This document shows, piece after piece, positions 1-10,173 of a DNA stretch of 64,000 nt. Origin of the DNA: Candidatus Nomurabacteria bacterium GW2011_GWD2_36_14. Lineage in GTDB: Bacteria > Patescibacteriota > Minisyncoccia > Phycocordibacterales > UBA9973. The stretch spans positions 7,583-71,582 of the forward strand of contig LBRL01000002.1 of assembly GCA_000991405.1 (NCBI GenBank). The letters are read 5' to 3'. The stretch's first letter is position 1. Every line of letters begins with the position of its first letter. The position numbers and the translations under genes are program-made. The notes under the pieces are model-generated. The model was not told the origin of the DNA and did no database searches. It was given only the letters and a program-made list of their open reading frames with translations.

Positions 1-731
1 TCTACAAGCCTGACTGCATATTCTAAGACGTCATCATAATCCATGAGAGACATTTCCTTCTTCTTCTGTTCGTATAATTTGTAGAATTCGACAACTTCAC
101 GAGTTCGCTCTAGTTGCTCTATCTTCTTTTCAATTTCTTTTTTAAGTTTACCCTTACTTTCTCCACGTGTTGAAATACTTTCGGGGTCTTCCTTTATATT
201 TCTAATATCTGCTTCTATGTATGAAAGTAAATCAGAATCCGAAATACGCTCACGCTTCAGTACAGAAACTAACTGCTTCAGGTCATTAAAATACATGGAT
301 GGATTACTTCTAGGACTAATATACTCCCAATCATTCTTGTGCAATATTTCATCTACCAAGAAGACAGCTTCATTGTCTGAGAGAAGTTCTGGCATTTGAG
401 GAAAGTCTAGAAGCTCGTAATGCTTCTCAACAAGAGAATTCGCGAAAGAGTGAAAGGTCGATATACTGACATTGCGAGCATCACTTCCAATATAAGATTC
501 AAGTCTATTCTTCATGGCAGAGACTCCAGAATTTGTGAAAGTCAGACAGAGAATACTATCGGCAGTTGTATCTGTCTTCTTTAGAATATTTCCAATACGA
601 AGTGCTAGTATCTGTGTCTTGCCAGTCCCCGGCCCTGCCACTACCATGACCGGACCATCGATAGTATCCACAGCATCCTTCTGTGCATTGTTAAGACTTT
701 TATATGAATCTTCAAAAGTATTATTACTCAT
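1..731 (-). CDS. UvrD/PcrA-family ATP-dependent helicase, N-terminal part (continues off window)
   Basis: Not in ORF track. Manual translation from ATG 731 gives MSNNTFEDSYKSLNNAQKDAVDTIDGPVMVVAGPGTGKTQ...ILCLTFTN, i.e. the Q-motif, Walker A and motif Ia of SF1A helicases. Confidence 0.9.
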   Translation of the reverse strand, partial: MSNNTFEDSYKSLNNAQKDAVDTIDGPVMVVAGPGTGKTQILALRIGNILKKTDTTADSILCLTFTNSGVSAMKNRLESYIGSDARNVSISTFHSFANSLVEKHYELLDFPQMPELLSDNEAVFLVDEILHKNDWEYISPRSNPSMYFNDLKQLVSVLKRERISDSDLLSYIEADIRNIKEDPESISTRGESKGKLKKEIEKKIEQLERTREVVEFYKLYEQKKKEMSLMDYDDVLEYAVRLV

Positions 732-810
732 ATATTTATTATACCCTGTAGTGAATTTTATTAAAAATCTACTACGGGGTTATATCATTTATCTCCCTTC
801 CTCACATTTT

Positions 811-829
811 TCACAGGTCTGACCTGTGA
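811..829. repeat. Short REP-like palindrome TCACAGGT-CTG-ACCTGTGA
   Basis: Perfect 8-bp arms; shares the CACAGG...CCTGTG core with the RAYT-flanking palindromes. Confidence 0.55.
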
Positions 830-856
830 GATTGAAAAAGATGTGTTGTAATATTA

Positions 857-1642
857 TTATAAATTTATAACTTCTGCTGGTATACCAACCCCAAACCATT
901 CATTTTTAAACTTATTGAAAACTTCGCTTTCTTTGGTAACTAGAATTGAGAGGGTCTTATTGTGAGAGAAGAAGGCTTCTCGGTCGGGGAATTCTTCAAA
1001 ATATTCTTCCAAGTACTTAGGTATTAAATCTTCCTGATAAACCCAACTATTTATATGAGGGAAAACTTTCTTGAAATCATCTCTGACTATTCCATAATGT
1101 GTGCAAAGCAGAGCCCCACTTTCTACACCAGATGGTACAAAATTGGCAAATGAAGAGATGTACGAGAGAGTGTCTCCGCCGTTTTCTATAAGATGCGCAA
1201 GCTTGGGTAATGGGATCTTGATATAATTTCTTACATTTTCACTCAAGAATTTCTCATATACCTCTGACTCACAAGTGCGAGTCGTCGCAAATATTACAAC
1301 TTCCTTTTCTTTATCGAGAGACTCCACCGTCGGACGAACAATGCCGAAAAGGATTCGACCGAAATACTTCTCATCTTTCCACTCGCGAAGTCTGTCGTAA
1401 ATAGTTGAACTGATAGTGTTACAAGCAAGCACTACGCCCATACATTTCCTCTCTCCATATAGATAGTCGAGGGCCTTTGTAGCCAACGAGAAAAGTTCCT
1501 CATGAGTTTTATTCCCATAAGATACATTTAGCTGGTCACCAAGAAAAACGTAATCATAATCCCCCAATTTTTCCCTTAAATGCTTCAAAACCCACAACCC
1601 CCCAAGTCCTGAATCAAATACTCCAATACTACCTTTGTTCAT
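857..1642 (-). CDS. murI: Glutamate racemase
   Basis: IGVFDSGLGGL, ACNT and CTHY catalytic motifs. Confidence 0.9.
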   Translation of the reverse strand: MNKGSIGVFDSGLGGLWVLKHLREKLGDYDYVFLGDQLNVSYGNKTHEELFSLATKALDYLYGERKCMGVVLACNTISSTIYDRLREWKDEKYFGRILFGIVRPTVESLDKEKEVVIFATTRTCESEVYEKFLSENVRNYIKIPLPKLAHLIENGGDTLSYISSFANFVPSGVESGALLCTHYGIVRDDFKKVFPHINSWVYQEDLIPKYLEEYFEEFPDREAFFSHNKTLSILVTKESEVFNKFKNEWFGVGIPAEVINL

Positions 1643-1686
1643 ATAATTATATTACCACAATAAAACTTTTTCTTCAGCCATGTGAC

Positions 1687-1740
1687 AAAACAACAATTTA
1701 CATATATACGCCCCTGCGTATATATGTAAATTGTTGTTTT
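1687..1740. terminator. Perfect 25-bp-arm inverted repeat, probable terminator
   Basis: aaaacaacaatttacatatatacgc-ccct-gcgtatatatgtaaattgttgtttt just downstream of the methyltransferase stop. Confidence 0.6.
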
Positions 1741-1747
1741 TTGATTA

Positions 1748-2464
1748 TTATTTAGTCAGATACGCTAGCCAGTAATCGCGTTTGTAGATGCGGTCACTGA
1801 AGGTGGAGTAACTTGTTTTCTTCTCTAGGTGTAAAATTTTGAAATATTTGCTGTACATTTTGATAAAGTCATCTCGTGAGAATACTCTCTCTGTAAGTCC
1901 TATGTCTTTTATAATATATGTATCATATTCCCTCCCCGGACTAGCCTTCAGCAAATTCTTCACATTCTTGTTGCCATCTTTGCAAAGTGCTCGTACAAAG
2001 AAATATCCGCCTTCACCGCGACGTAGCCCTAGCGAAGTCGGGCTTTTCAAAACACGATTGACTTCTTCCAAGTATATTTCTCGCCCTTTTTCATTCAAAG
2101 AATTTGAGGATGTAATATCTAGAACTATATCTATAGAATCATCTGCTATATCATACTTCTCGCCTATGTCTCCTAGCCTATAATCCACCTCTACTTCCAT
2201 TTCCTTCGCGCGAGTTTTGGCTAAGCTAAGTGCGGTTTTGGCAATTTCTATGCCTATCACTTTATTCCCCAAGTCTGCCAAGTAGTTTGAATTCCTACCA
2301 GTACCACACCCAAGGTCAAGGATTGCTCTATCTTCTACTCTATACTTCCCTACTTTTTTCAGAAATTTTAAGAAACGCAAAGTGTCAGCTTGTGGTCCCT
2401 CTTTATTGGTCACAAACTTTTGGCTTCTGTATTCTTTATCCCAGACGTTACCTTGATGCGTCAT
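1748..2464 (-). CDS. Class I SAM-dependent methyltransferase (with short in-frame palindromic insert)
   Basis: ILDLGCGTGRN SAM-binding motif; extra peptide SPTSLGLRRGE interrupts the usual VLKxGG motif. Confidence 0.85.
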   Translation of the reverse strand: MTHQGNVWDKEYRSQKFVTNKEGPQADTLRFLKFLKKVGKYRVEDRAILDLGCGTGRNSNYLADLGNKVIGIEIAKTALSLAKTRAKEMEVEVDYRLGDIGEKYDIADDSIDIVLDITSSNSLNEKGREIYLEEVNRVLKSPTSLGLRRGEGGYFFVRALCKDGNKNVKNLLKASPGREYDTYIIKDIGLTERVFSRDDFIKMYSKYFKILHLEKKTSYSTFSDRIYKRDYWLAYLTK

Positions 2465-2468
2465 TAAA

Positions 2469-2858
2469 TTAATGAGAATATTTGACTAAAGTTTTCTCTA
2501 TTTCTCCTACAATCATATCGAGATTCTCAGAAGCTTTGATAACGTACCCCTTAACTCCTATATCCATGCCGGCAACGATAGCCTTACTAATGTCTTCAAT
2601 CTTGGAAAGCTGAGATGAGATCAGTATAGGAATTTGCTTGTCCAACTTCTTCTCACGAAGATCGTCTAGGAATTCCATACCTCCCATTCTAGGCATTAAC
2701 AAGTCAAGGATTATAAGATCAAGATTCTCCTTTTCTATAATGGCAAAACCTTCCACTCCATCCTTGGCATGGAAAGTCTGGTACTTTTCCTTAGGAAGAA
2801 AGTCCACCAATGTCTTTACAAAAACTTCATCATCATCGATAATTAATATTTTTTTCAT
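2469..2858 (-). CDS. Single-domain response regulator (receiver)
   Basis: KILIIDDD, DLIILDLLMPRMGG (phosphoacceptor Asp), conserved Lys in YVIK. Confidence 0.9.
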   Translation of the reverse strand: MKKILIIDDDEVFVKTLVDFLPKEKYQTFHAKDGVEGFAIIEKENLDLIILDLLMPRMGGMEFLDDLREKKLDKQIPILISSQLSKIEDISKAIVAGMDIGVKGYVIKASENLDMIVGEIEKTLVKYSH

Positions 2859-2897
2859 ATAATAATTCTAACACTAACTAATAATAAAATAAATACA

Positions 2898-4670
2898 CTA
2901 AGAAAGGGGTATAGTAAAGTAAAATGTACTTCCAACTCCCACTTTCGATACTACGCCAATCTTCCCACCATGCTCTTCTACTATACTCTTCGCAATTACG
3001 AGCCCTAATCCTGTACCTTTCTTCTTTGGAACTTTGTCTTTCGTATCTAATTGCTTGAATTTACTGAAAATATCCTTGGTATTCTTTTCCTCTATGCCTA
3101 TGCCGTTGTCGGCCACAAGAATGACCAAGAAGGACCCCTCACCAAGATTCTCTGGTATACCGTTTGGAGATTGATAGCCTGCCACCTTGGCTTCTGCCCT
3201 TACATCTTTGCCATTTTCATGCAAGAAGGTTACGACATTCACAGCTCCATCTTTATTTGTATATTTGAGAGCGTTTGAGATGAGGTTGTTGATAACGTGC
3301 TCCACTCCTTCAGAATCAAACATGACCTTGGAAGGAATACCTGTGCCAAAAGAAGATTCAAGCTTGATCCCAGAACTCATGGCTGTAACAGAGTAGAAGC
3401 TGACTCTATCGGTAACTACTTTGACGAAGTCTCCTTCCTTCTTCACAATATCAAACTTGCCAGCTTCTATCTTGGCCACGTCGAGTATGTCGTTTACTAT
3501 TTCTAACATTCCTGAAGAATTCCTATATATAAGATTGATATATTCATCGAAACTTTCGCTGGTTTGCTTGATATCTTTATTCTTTAGAACTTCACTAATT
3601 TTCTTCACGCCATCGAGCGGGGAGCGGAGTTCGTGGACAAGCATAGATGTGAAGTCCTTGCGCAAATTTTCTATCTCGACTTCCGAAGTCACATCGTGGA
3701 AAATGACGACTCCCCCAGTGATACTCTCTACCCCTACTATAGGAGAGCTTCTGACGGGAAGCACAAATATCTGAAAGAACTTTTCTCCAAGTAGAATTCT
3801 TTCAGAAGAGTACTCCTTCTTGAGCTTCACACTTTCTTCGAGTCTTCCTCTAATGTCGAACTTGCCACCTAGGTTATCTATAAGGTCGAAAATGGTTACT
3901 TCTTTGAATGGATCTATAGAGAGGGCATTTCTCGCCGCTGGGTTTATAACCAGTATGCGATAGTCTAAATCCGTCATAATGATACCATCCGCCATTGATA
4001 GAACCATGGCATTGAGCTTACTTTTCTCCGTCGTTACGACTTCTTGAAGTTTAGTAACAGCAGAGGAAGCTTGGTTTGTAATCTTATAAAGGATAGTCAT
4101 TTCACTCTCTTTATATAGACCACTTTGCGTATCAGACACAGTTAAAACTCCGACAACTTTACCGCCAATGACAATCGGGATGTTGAAGAATGATTGGACT
4201 GGTTCATTGACCTCTTCTATCAAGATTGCTCCAGAGATTAATTCTTCGACTTGGCTCTCGTTAAATTCTTTCTCAAGAAGTGCTCCTAGGGACTTGAGCA
4301 TTCTGTCTCGAACCTCGTCGATAAATCCTCGATGCACTGACTTCTCCAAGTGTATTTTGAAAATGATTTTACTTGAATCCAAAAGCATGTAAGAGACAGC
4401 ACTGTACTCGATGAACTGATGGAGGGACCCAGTGATTACGTCCATAATCTGGTGCACATCGAGCGAGTAGCCGACTCTGTCCCCTAGCTCTTTGAGAATC
4501 GCTAGCTCGTACATCTTGCTATCCATCTCTTTGCTTCTTGCTTCTATGTTAGTTTCTTTAATTTTTATATCCCTGTTTAATTTAAGATTTTTTAAAAACA
4601 AAAAGACTGCTACAAAGAATACTAATGTAGTAATCAAAACTATTAAAGAAAAGAGAGAAATAAAATCCAT
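2898..4670 (-). CDS. Membrane sensor histidine kinase (TM-GAF-PAS-HisKA-HATPase)
   Basis: N-terminal TM; H-box HELRSPL, N-box NLISNALKY, G1 DNGIGI, G2 GTGLGL. Confidence 0.92.
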   Translation of the reverse strand: MDFISLFSLIVLITTLVFFVAVFLFLKNLKLNRDIKIKETNIEARSKEMDSKMYELAILKELGDRVGYSLDVHQIMDVITGSLHQFIEYSAVSYMLLDSSKIIFKIHLEKSVHRGFIDEVRDRMLKSLGALLEKEFNESQVEELISGAILIEEVNEPVQSFFNIPIVIGGKVVGVLTVSDTQSGLYKESEMTILYKITNQASSAVTKLQEVVTTEKSKLNAMVLSMADGIIMTDLDYRILVINPAARNALSIDPFKEVTIFDLIDNLGGKFDIRGRLEESVKLKKEYSSERILLGEKFFQIFVLPVRSSPIVGVESITGGVVIFHDVTSEVEIENLRKDFTSMLVHELRSPLDGVKKISEVLKNKDIKQTSESFDEYINLIYRNSSGMLEIVNDILDVAKIEAGKFDIVKKEGDFVKVVTDRVSFYSVTAMSSGIKLESSFGTGIPSKVMFDSEGVEHVINNLISNALKYTNKDGAVNVVTFLHENGKDVRAEAKVAGYQSPNGIPENLGEGSFLVILVADNGIGIEEKNTKDIFSKFKQLDTKDKVPKKKGTGLGLVIAKSIVEEHGGKIGVVSKVGVGSTFYFTIPLS

Positions 4671-4687
4671 ATTGAAAACTATTTATT

Positions 4688-5014
4688 TTACTTACCGCCA
4701 GTTAAGGCTCTGGCTTCACGTTCGGCATTCATGAGAACCTTTATAGTAACAACAAACATTACAAACCAAATTATAAATACAGGAATAACGACGGCGACAC
4801 CTTTAGGAGAACAGTACATAAAGCCGGTACTAACAATACCGAGAGAATACATTTCTACCATCATAGTGTAGACCAAGATACGCACAACCTTACCTACTAG
4901 AGAACCTTTGACTAGAGCATATACATGCCTACCTTTGATAAACAAATAAATACTTCCTATTACTAAAACTGGCCAACCAACCGCTAATATTATTGTCATA
5001 ATTAAATTATTCAT
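4688..5014 (-). CDS. Small 3-TM membrane protein in the signalling operon
   Basis: Three hydrophobic segments; 17 bp upstream of the kinase. Confidence 0.7.
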   Translation of the reverse strand: MNNLIMTIILAVGWPVLVIGSIYLFIKGRHVYALVKGSLVGKVVRILVYTMMVEMYSLGIVSTGFMYCSPKGVAVVIPVFIIWFVMFVVTIKVLMNAEREARALTGGK

Positions 5015-5040
5015 AATTAATTTTATAAAATAAAACTTTA

Positions 5041-5310
5041 CTAATTGACCTTGTTTAGATCTGGATACTTTTCAAAGATCGAACCTAGGGCATTCTTCAC
5101 TATCATGCCTGATAGCTCCACATATGTGTTCACCAGTTGCTGGAGGACAACGTTGCCATCGCCTTTTATATCTGTGACGATACCCTTATCATCTACAGTG
5201 AGACCAACAACACTACGTGCTTTCAACAAAGCAATATCGGGGCCCAAGATTATCGACTGCCTAGCAATAATTTCTGTGATTATTGCAACATAACGAGTTT
5301 TTTCATCCAT
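5041..5310 (-). CDS. Small hypothetical protein, first gene of the kinase operon
   Basis: 89-aa ORF, co-oriented and tightly linked. Confidence 0.7.
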   Translation of the reverse strand: MDEKTRYVAIITEIIARQSIILGPDIALLKARSVVGLTVDDKGIVTDIKGDGNVVLQQLVNTYVELSGMIVKNALGSIFEKYPDLNKVN

Positions 5311-5413
5311 ATTTTAAATATTTTACTAGTTATAAAAACTAGCAATTAAAAAATTATTAATCGACTATTTTACTATCCTAATAATACCACAAATAAAGCC
5401 AAAACGGTTGCAA

Positions 5414-5938
5414 TTATGAAGTGCTTTTTGAAATTGAAAATTTAATAGAGTAAACAACCGCAAATATTAAAACAACAATACCCACAAAGTAAAAGAATGC
5501 TGATATTTGGTCGGTATATTGCAAAATATTTATAGATGACAATAAGTGATTCCAGTCATGATAGACATTGTCCCCTCCAAGTAGTGGTAGCCCCATCTTT
5601 ATGGCGTCGCCAGCATAAACGGAAATGTTTAAGAAATTCTGACCAAGCCAGAATAAGAGTAGTGATGAAGCAAAATAGTTTTCATTTCTATAAAAGTAAT
5701 ATATGAAAATGACTGGAACCAAGAGTTGCATCAGCGTCCCTCCTATAGTAGTAATAAAATCCCCAAAGAATCCAAAGACGACATGCCCCGCTTCATGAAA
5801 TATTAAATTCACATTATCTATAAAATGCCAATCAGACAAACTGGTTAAATAATAAAACATGTATACAGTAATAATTATGACCAATACAACTTTGGTCCAA
5901 TTTATTGTTTTATTCTTATGTATTAAAGAATCAATCAA
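5414..5938 (-). CDS. Membrane protein with HExxH motif (M50-like metallopeptidase fold)
   Basis: IFHEAGH within a TM segment and downstream HDW; several TM helices. Confidence 0.6.
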   Translation of the reverse strand: MIDSLIHKNKTINWTKVVLVIIITVYMFYYLTSLSDWHFIDNVNLIFHEAGHVVFGFFGDFITTIGGTLMQLLVPVIFIYYFYRNENYFASSLLLFWLGQNFLNISVYAGDAIKMGLPLLGGDNVYHDWNHLLSSINILQYTDQISAFFYFVGIVVLIFAVVYSIKFSISKSTS

Positions 5939-5971
5939 GTTATTTTAATAAATTATTATAAGTACATTTTA

Positions 5972-6568
5972 TCACGACTTAAAATTTCTATCCATTTCAC
6001 TAATAAAATATTCTCTAGCTTCTTTGTCTTGTATACATCCTCCTACGTAACTATGAGTCCATCCACGATCTTTAAGCTGTTGGTTTATTAATTCTTTATT
6101 ATCGAAAAGCTCTCCTATATCTATAAGTACTATTTGTCCATCGTTATCCAAACCATAATTCTTTGTAATATTGAAACCTTTGTCTATTACACCAAGGTTT
6201 AACAATTTTAAATTAAATTCAATAAATAAGTCTATTATCTTTTTAGCTTCTTCTGTATTTGAACTTTCAAATACTTCGTGTAATGGACTTACTTTATCTT
6301 GTTCAAAATCATACTTATTAATAAACCTTGGATTTGCCATCCATTCTTGTGGAATATTAACTCTTTTCATTATTTCAAATGATTCATCCGCCTTTCTTTT
6401 CACATCTTTAATAAAGCTAGGAATTTCAAAAAGTGAATCTTTATCAAATGGAAAGATATCTCTTAATATTACAAAATAAGCTTTTGTCCAAGAATGAAAT
6501 TTCTTAAAAACTCTTCCGTTTTCTAAATCATATGTTGTATATTGCCATCCTTGTCCAATCTTTTTCAT
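5972..6568 (-). CDS. Hypothetical protein, possible protein-kinase-like fold
   Basis: IGQGWQYTTY Gly loop, VFKK, and NYG...LIDIG resembling the catalytic loop and DFG. Confidence 0.5.
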   Translation of the reverse strand: MKKIGQGWQYTTYDLENGRVFKKFHSWTKAYFVILRDIFPFDKDSLFEIPSFIKDVKRKADESFEIMKRVNIPQEWMANPRFINKYDFEQDKVSPLHEVFESSNTEEAKKIIDLFIEFNLKLLNLGVIDKGFNITKNYGLDNDGQIVLIDIGELFDNKELINQQLKDRGWTHSYVGGCIQDKEAREYFISEMDRNFKS

Positions 6569-6620
6569 GATTTTATTATAACAAAACCATAGCCAAAACT
6601 CCTAGGTAAGAGTCCTTAGT

Positions 6621-8042
6621 TTAAATTGTTTCCACCATTATCATATTGGTTGCTCCGCCTTTCTTCTCCCATTGAGAGCAGGTGGCTATGACCACTTTGT
6701 CTCCCTTACTGGCAATTTTATTCTTAATACAATAATTCCGAATAGCTTTGAAGACTTCTATATCTAAGGCAGTTTTATACTCATCTACTTTCAACGGCAA
6801 ACATCCAAAGGATAATGCTAGCTGATTGGAAGTGATTTGTTCTGAAGTTACTGCAATGATGAAGGCCTTGGGTTTATGACGAGATATCATGCGAGCAGTA
6901 AAGCCAGTCTTCGTAAGAGCCACTATTGCCCTTGCTCCTATGTTGTGAGCCGTCTTGACAACTGAGCCCGTAATAGAATCCGTGACATTTATATCCCCCT
7001 TATCATTTATATAAGAAACCTCTCTTTCTGGATAATTCTCTTCTATATCTAAGGCAACCTTGCTCATAACTTTCACTGCTTCGACTGGATAAAGACCTAG
7101 AGTGGTTTCTTCTGAAAGCATCACCGCATCTGTACCATCGAGTATTGCATTGGCAATATCGGAAACTTCAGCACGAGTAGGTACTGGACTCTTGATCATA
7201 GATTCAAGCATTTGAGTAGCAGTAATAACCATCTTACCAGCATCATTGCACTTCTTGATAAGCATCTTCTGTATCATAGGCACACGCTCGGCTGGAACTT
7301 CAATAGCCAAGTCGCCTCGGGCTACCATAAGTCCATCGCAGAGTTCTAGTATGGCATCAATATTCTTTACCGCTTGAGGAGTCTCTATCTTGGCAATTAT
7401 TTTAGCTTTTGACTTTCTCTTATTTAAAATTTCACGAAGTTCTATAACATCTGCTGGTGTACGAACGAAAGAAAAAGCAAAGAAGTCTACATGGTTCTTG
7501 AAACCAAATTCTATATCTTTCTTGTCTTTTTCAGTCAACGAACTGACTGAGATATCAGAATCAGGAAGGTTCACTCCACGACGCCCCTTGGTCTCTCCGC
7601 CGACAAGAATCTTGCAGAGAACTTCCTTGCCATTAATACTGACAACTTCAAACTTTTTCTTGCCATCATCTACCATGATCTGATCCCCTTTCTTCACCTC
7701 TTTGGCAAAGAGTGGATAGTTGATGGAAACCTTCTTCTCGTTACCAATTATTTGTTCAGTGGTGATGGTTATATTGTCTCCTGTCTTGAGCATTACTTTT
7801 TCTGTACTAAATTCACCAAGGCGGATTTTAGGACCAGATAGGTCTTGCATGATAGCTCCTCTTATCCCAGTATTCTTCATGGCGATCTTAAAATTATTTA
7901 ATTTCTCTTGGTGTTCTTTAAAATCGCCGTGGGAGAAATTGAGGCGCATAACATTGAGTCCAGCCTTAAGAAGCTTCGAAAGCATTTCCACTGAAGATGT
8001 CGCTGGGCCTATGGTTGCTACTATTTTTGTTTTTTTGATCAT
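6621..8042 (-). CDS. pyk: Pyruvate kinase
   Basis: KTKIVATIGPA, RLNFSHG, MVARGDL, ATQMLESM, PTRAEVSD. Confidence 0.97.
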   Translation of the reverse strand: MIKKTKIVATIGPATSSVEMLSKLLKAGLNVMRLNFSHGDFKEHQEKLNNFKIAMKNTGIRGAIMQDLSGPKIRLGEFSTEKVMLKTGDNITITTEQIIGNEKKVSINYPLFAKEVKKGDQIMVDDGKKKFEVVSINGKEVLCKILVGGETKGRRGVNLPDSDISVSSLTEKDKKDIEFGFKNHVDFFAFSFVRTPADVIELREILNKRKSKAKIIAKIETPQAVKNIDAILELCDGLMVARGDLAIEVPAERVPMIQKMLIKKCNDAGKMVITATQMLESMIKSPVPTRAEVSDIANAILDGTDAVMLSEETTLGLYPVEAVKVMSKVALDIEENYPEREVSYINDKGDINVTDSITGSVVKTAHNIGARAIVALTKTGFTARMISRHKPKAFIIAVTSEQITSNQLALSFGCLPLKVDEYKTALDIEVFKAIRNYCIKNKIASKGDKVVIATCSQWEKKGGATNMIMVETI

Positions 8043-8243
8043 ATATGATTTTGCAAAATTACCAAGTTTCGAATCTACTGATTCGCATGTCGCGTAAGTC
8101 GATTTGACGCGACGCTTAATGAATAATAAAAGGCCTTACGGAATAAGACCCAAAATTTTAACTGCGTGTATTATAGCACAAAATCATGCAAATTAAAAAT
8201 ACCCTAGAATATTAAGATTCTAAGGTATTTTTCATTCAGACTA

Positions 8244-8384
8244 TTATTCTCCTTGTATAAGACGAATAATTAATAATATAATTGCTACGATCAGAAGTAT
8301 ATGGATAAATCCCCCGATAATATTGAATCCAATAAAACCTAGTAGCCATAAAATCAATAATATAATTGCGATTGTTCCTAACAT
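8244..8384 (-). CDS. Small 2-TM membrane protein (lmo0937-like), 46 aa
   Basis: Below the ORF-track cutoff. MLGTIAIILLILWLLGFIGFNIIGGFIHILLIVAIILLIIRLIQGE matches the LWLLG...GGFIHILL pattern. Confidence 0.8.
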   Translation of the reverse strand: MLGTIAIILLILWLLGFIGFNIIGGFIHILLIVAIILLIIRLIQGE

Positions 8385-8556
8385 ATAAATATAAATTTAA
8401 ATTAGTAAATATTTTAAAGTTCGACATTTTAAATTTCAATTCCTATAATCTCCTCATCATCATTTTTCTATTTATTTCCATACTTATATAGACGTACCAA
8501 GTTCCAAGTTATTACAGTCTTTAGCAAGAAATAATGTGTTATAATAAATTTTATAT

Positions 8557-9366
8557 ATGCCTGATTTAAATTTGCTTTTACACCTTTTGACCAAGTTCGC
8601 ATGGCTAGGAAACTGGCTATTCTTCACCTTATCCTTTGTCGAGTCGGCCCCTTTCATTGGTGTATTTATTCCCGGGGCAACTCTTATATCTGTCGGCGGA
8701 TTCCTAGCCTCTCAGGGAATACTCCAGACTTGGGACATAGTAATATTCTCGACACTAGGTGCTATTATCGGGGACTTCTTCAGCTATTCACTGGGACGAT
8801 GGGGTGGTAAGTGGATGAAGGATAAAAAGATTATCAACAATACTTTGCTTCGTCATGGAGAAAAGTTTTTCAATAAGTATGGCAACAAGAGTATCTTCTG
8901 GGGTCGCTTCTTTGGCCCGATTCGTGCCATTATCCCCTTTATTGCTGGTGTATCTAAAATGAAGCAAAGGCCTTTCATTTTCTGGAATGTATTGAGTGGG
9001 ATATGCTGGGCTCTACTGAATGTTTTCCTTGGGTATTTCTCTGGATCTCTGGTCGTCACTATATTCAAGAAATGGTCTAGTGGACTAAGCTTGATACTGA
9101 TACTTGTACTTACTATTTTGATTCTTTACTTTGTGGTCAAGAAGAAGGGTCAATCGTTAAAGATTTCCTTCCAGAAAGGAAGTCTCGACTTTGTCGGGTA
9201 TTTAAATACAAAGAAGTGGTTTCATAAATTCATCGCTCGCTATCACTTTATTTCTGACTTCTTCACTGAGAGCAAGTACCCAGCCGAAAAGTTGTTCGGT
9301 AGTTTCCTCATCTTTTCATTCTTGATATTTACTTATATATTGATACTGATTCTGGACGTTTTCTAA
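8557..9366 (+). CDS. DedA family membrane protein
   Basis: FVES..IGVFIPG, GAIIGDFFSY, GRFFGPIRAIIPFIAG. Confidence 0.9.
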   Translation: MPDLNLLLHLLTKFAWLGNWLFFTLSFVESAPFIGVFIPGATLISVGGFLASQGILQTWDIVIFSTLGAIIGDFFSYSLGRWGGKWMKDKKIINNTLLRHGEKFFNKYGNKSIFWGRFFGPIRAIIPFIAGVSKMKQRPFIFWNVLSGICWALLNVFLGYFSGSLVVTIFKKWSSGLSLILILVLTILILYFVVKKKGQSLKISFQKGSLDFVGYLNTKKWFHKFIARYHFISDFFTESKYPAEKLFGSFLIFSFLIFTYILILILDVF

Positions 9367-9377
9367 GCTAGATTGAA

Positions 9378-9413
9378 ATTAAAAAACACAAGGATGTCCT
9401 TGTGTTTTTTAAT
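9378..9413. terminator. Bidirectional intrinsic terminator
   Basis: attaaaaaacacaagga-tg-tccttgtgttttttaat between convergent genes. Confidence 0.8.
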
Positions 9414-9428
9414 ACGAATTAGAATCGT

Positions 9429-9995
9429 TTAGTTTAAAATAGATGGATTTGAGTTTGATTCGACAGGTAGAGTGTATTGCCTGCTAGGTATTGTACCGTT
9501 ACTGTTGAGTACTGTTACACTTAATTCACTTCCAGCTACATAGACATTGTCACTGTTTTCATTTAGGACGAAAGTCTGGTTGCTGATAGCGATCTTGCCT
9601 ATAGAGCTTGCCTTGGCTGTAAATGTAATGACTCCTACTAGCTTCTGACCTGTAAATCCACCGGGGAATCCTGCAGTCTTCATGATCATTCCGTTAGTAT
9701 TATCTATAAGGTCGTATCCATCGGCATTAATAGCTATCCATCCTGGAGCAAATTCGAAACTCTTCACAGCAATCTGTTCGCCCGAGAAGCGAACTGCAGT
9801 CCTCACAGTATAAGCCACTTCACCATTGGATGAGTCAGCATAAACATTGACCTTAAGATCACCATTTAGATTAGACTGAACAGCAGATGAGTCGAAGCCT
9901 ACAGTAGTACTTGCAAACGCAATACTACTAAAAGATAGCAAAGCAAAAAATGAGAAAACTATTGAAGCAATTACATTTTTAATATTTTTGTTCAT
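9429..9995 (-). CDS. Secreted beta-sandwich (cohesin-like) protein
   Basis: Signal peptide ending AFA; beta-strand pattern with PGGFTG...GVITF. Confidence 0.55.
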   Translation of the reverse strand: MNKNIKNVIASIVFSFFALLSFSSIAFASTTVGFDSSAVQSNLNGDLKVNVYADSSNGEVAYTVRTAVRFSGEQIAVKSFEFAPGWIAINADGYDLIDNTNGMIMKTAGFPGGFTGQKLVGVITFTAKASSIGKIAISNQTFVLNENSDNVYVAGSELSVTVLNSNGTIPSRQYTLPVESNSNPSILN

Positions 9996-10173
9996 AAATT
10001 TATTTTAATTATATAAGATAAAGGGTTAAAATAACTTTTCCACATATCTTAACCTCACCTCCGTATTATATCACTTTGTACCATTTTAGTCAATAGCCAC
10101 TTACTTATTGAAATAATACTTATATTATAAGCATAAATACACAAATACTCCCATAATAGGAGTATTTGTGTAT

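Noticed and set aside
217-822. Plus-strand ORFs 217-399 and 514-822
   Set aside because: Antisense shadows of the UvrD-like helicase; the same applies to the many short antisense ORFs inside pyk, secDF, the kinases, the R-M genes and ftsK.
8236-8439. 67-aa ORF from the track
   Set aside because: A different frame (8244-8384) gives a recognisable lmo0937-like membrane protein.
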